Source of the DNA: an uncultured Acidobacteriota bacterium
GTDB lineage: Bacteria; Acidobacteriota; Thermoanaerobaculia; Gp7-AA8
NCBI GenBank assembly: GCA_963822445.1
Contig: CAWGHO010000002.1
Span: 96,001-160,000, forward strand
DNA: 64,000 nt
Direction of reading: 5' to 3'
Shown here: one piece after another, positions 63,111 to 64,000 of the stretch
How the letters are laid out: each line of letters starts with the position of its first letter
Numbering within the stretch: position 1 is the stretch's first letter
Translations under genes and position numbers: made by a program
Notes under the pieces: model-generated
Database searches by the model: none
The model's input: the letters and a program-made list of their open reading frames with translations, nothing else
What the model was told of the DNA's origin: nothing

Positions 63111-64000
63111 GCGGCTCTCTCTTCGGGGACGACGACTTCGCCCCACTGACCACGCCGCCCGACGCCCCGCTGCCGGAGCGTCTCCGTCCGAAATCGCTCG
63201 AGGACATCGTCGGACTGGAGGACCTCCTCGGCGAAAAGCGCTTCCTGCGCAACGCCATCGAGACCGATCGCATCCCGTCGATGATCTTCTGGGGACCGCC
63301 GGGATCGGGCAAGACCACGCTGGCGCGGATCATCGCCAAGACCACGCGGGCGCGATTCGTCACCTTCTCCGCAACCTCCACCGGAATCAAGGAAATCAAG
63401 ACGTTAATGGAAGAGGCGCGGAAGTCGCGGCAGGCTCGCGGCTCCAAGACCATTGTCTTCATCGACGAGATCCATCGCTTCAACAAAGCGCAGCAGGACG
63501 CGTTTCTGCCGTACGTCGAGGCCGGCGACATCATCCTCATCGGCGCGACCACCGAGAATCCGTCCTTCGAGGTGAACTCCGCGCTCCTGTCGCGGTCGAA
63601 GGTCGTGGTGATCCCTGCTCTGGAGCGCGAGCAGGTCATGACCATTCTTCACCGCGCCGTGGCCGATCCGAGCGTGCAGAAGTTCGGCATCGAGCTGACC
63701 GGCGAGGCACTCGACTTCATCGCCGCGACCTCAGGCGGCGACGCGCGGCAGGCCCTGACCAGCCTGCAACTGGTGATCGAGACCGCGTCGAAGGAAGACA
63801 GCCCGATCGGCGCGCAGAAGGTCACGGAGATCCTCCAGCGCCGCTCGCTGATGTACGACAAAGGCGGCGAAGAGCACTACAACATCATCTCCGCGCTCCA
63901 CAAATCGCTGCGGAACGGCGACGCCGATGCGTCGGTGTACTGGCTGGTACGCATGCTCGAAGGCGGCGAAGATCCGATGTACATCGCCCGCCGGCTCGTG
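63107..64000 (+). CDS. rarA: Replication-associated recombination protein A (MgsA), 3' truncated
   Basis: PLPERLRP, WGPPGSGKTTLA, FIDEIHRFNKAQQD, GATTENPSF, HYNIISALHKS. Absent from the ORF track because it has no stop in the window. Confidence 0.95.
   Translation, partial: MSGSLFGDDDFAPLTTPPDAPLPERLRPKSLEDIVGLEDLLGEKRFLRNAIETDRIPSMIFWGPPGSGKTTLARIIAKTTRARFVTFSATSTGIKEIKTLMEEARKSRQARGSKTIVFIDEIHRFNKAQQDAFLPYVEAGDIILIGATTENPSFEVNSALLSRSKVVVIPALEREQVMTILHRAVADPSVQKFGIELTGEALDFIAATSGGDARQALTSLQLVIETASKEDSPIGAQKVTEILQRRSLMYDKGGEEHYNIISALHKSLRNGDADASVYWLVRMLEGGEDPMYIARRLV

Overview
GC-rich bacterial chromosomal window, probably Acidobacteriota (Thermoanaerobaculia-like; inferred from gene content). 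No prophage, CRISPR array or rRNA is visible. Content in order: (1) a LacI-regulated glycan utilisation locus (TonB-dependent receptor, GH144-like glucanase, sugar ABC transporter, GH1) consistent with beta-1,2-glucan use; (2) a signalling region with a periplasmic sensor-HAMP-PP2C phosphatase, an RsbW/slr1658-like kinase, a STAS/slr1659-like protein and a Zn-ribbon Ser/Thr kinase-receiver fusion, converging on an operon with a CxxCH-bearing TonB-dependent receptor and a TPR-PhnD-like fusion; (3) an orphan Cys-rich secreted protein, pcm, and divergent tRNA-Thr(CGT)/tRNA-Arg(TCG); (4) yceD-rpmF-plsX-fabD-fabG, three GT4 glycosyltransferases and an unannotated 23-aa Lys-rich micro-ORF with its own promoter and terminator; (5) housekeeping genes (tRNA nucleotidyltransferase, hpt, ftcD, uppP, rnj, asnS, rarA) and a RAYT transposase with cognate REPs. 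The strongest non-catalogue signal is a dense set of small palindromic elements: several REP-like doublet families, plus palindromes whose arms are four tandem 7-8-mers. They sit at gene boundaries, supply start and stop codons, and in three cases are apparently translated: a lipoprotein signal peptide, the RNase J N-terminus, and a 24-codon in-frame insert in a threonine dehydratase. All calls come from reading motifs by eye; no database searches were run.
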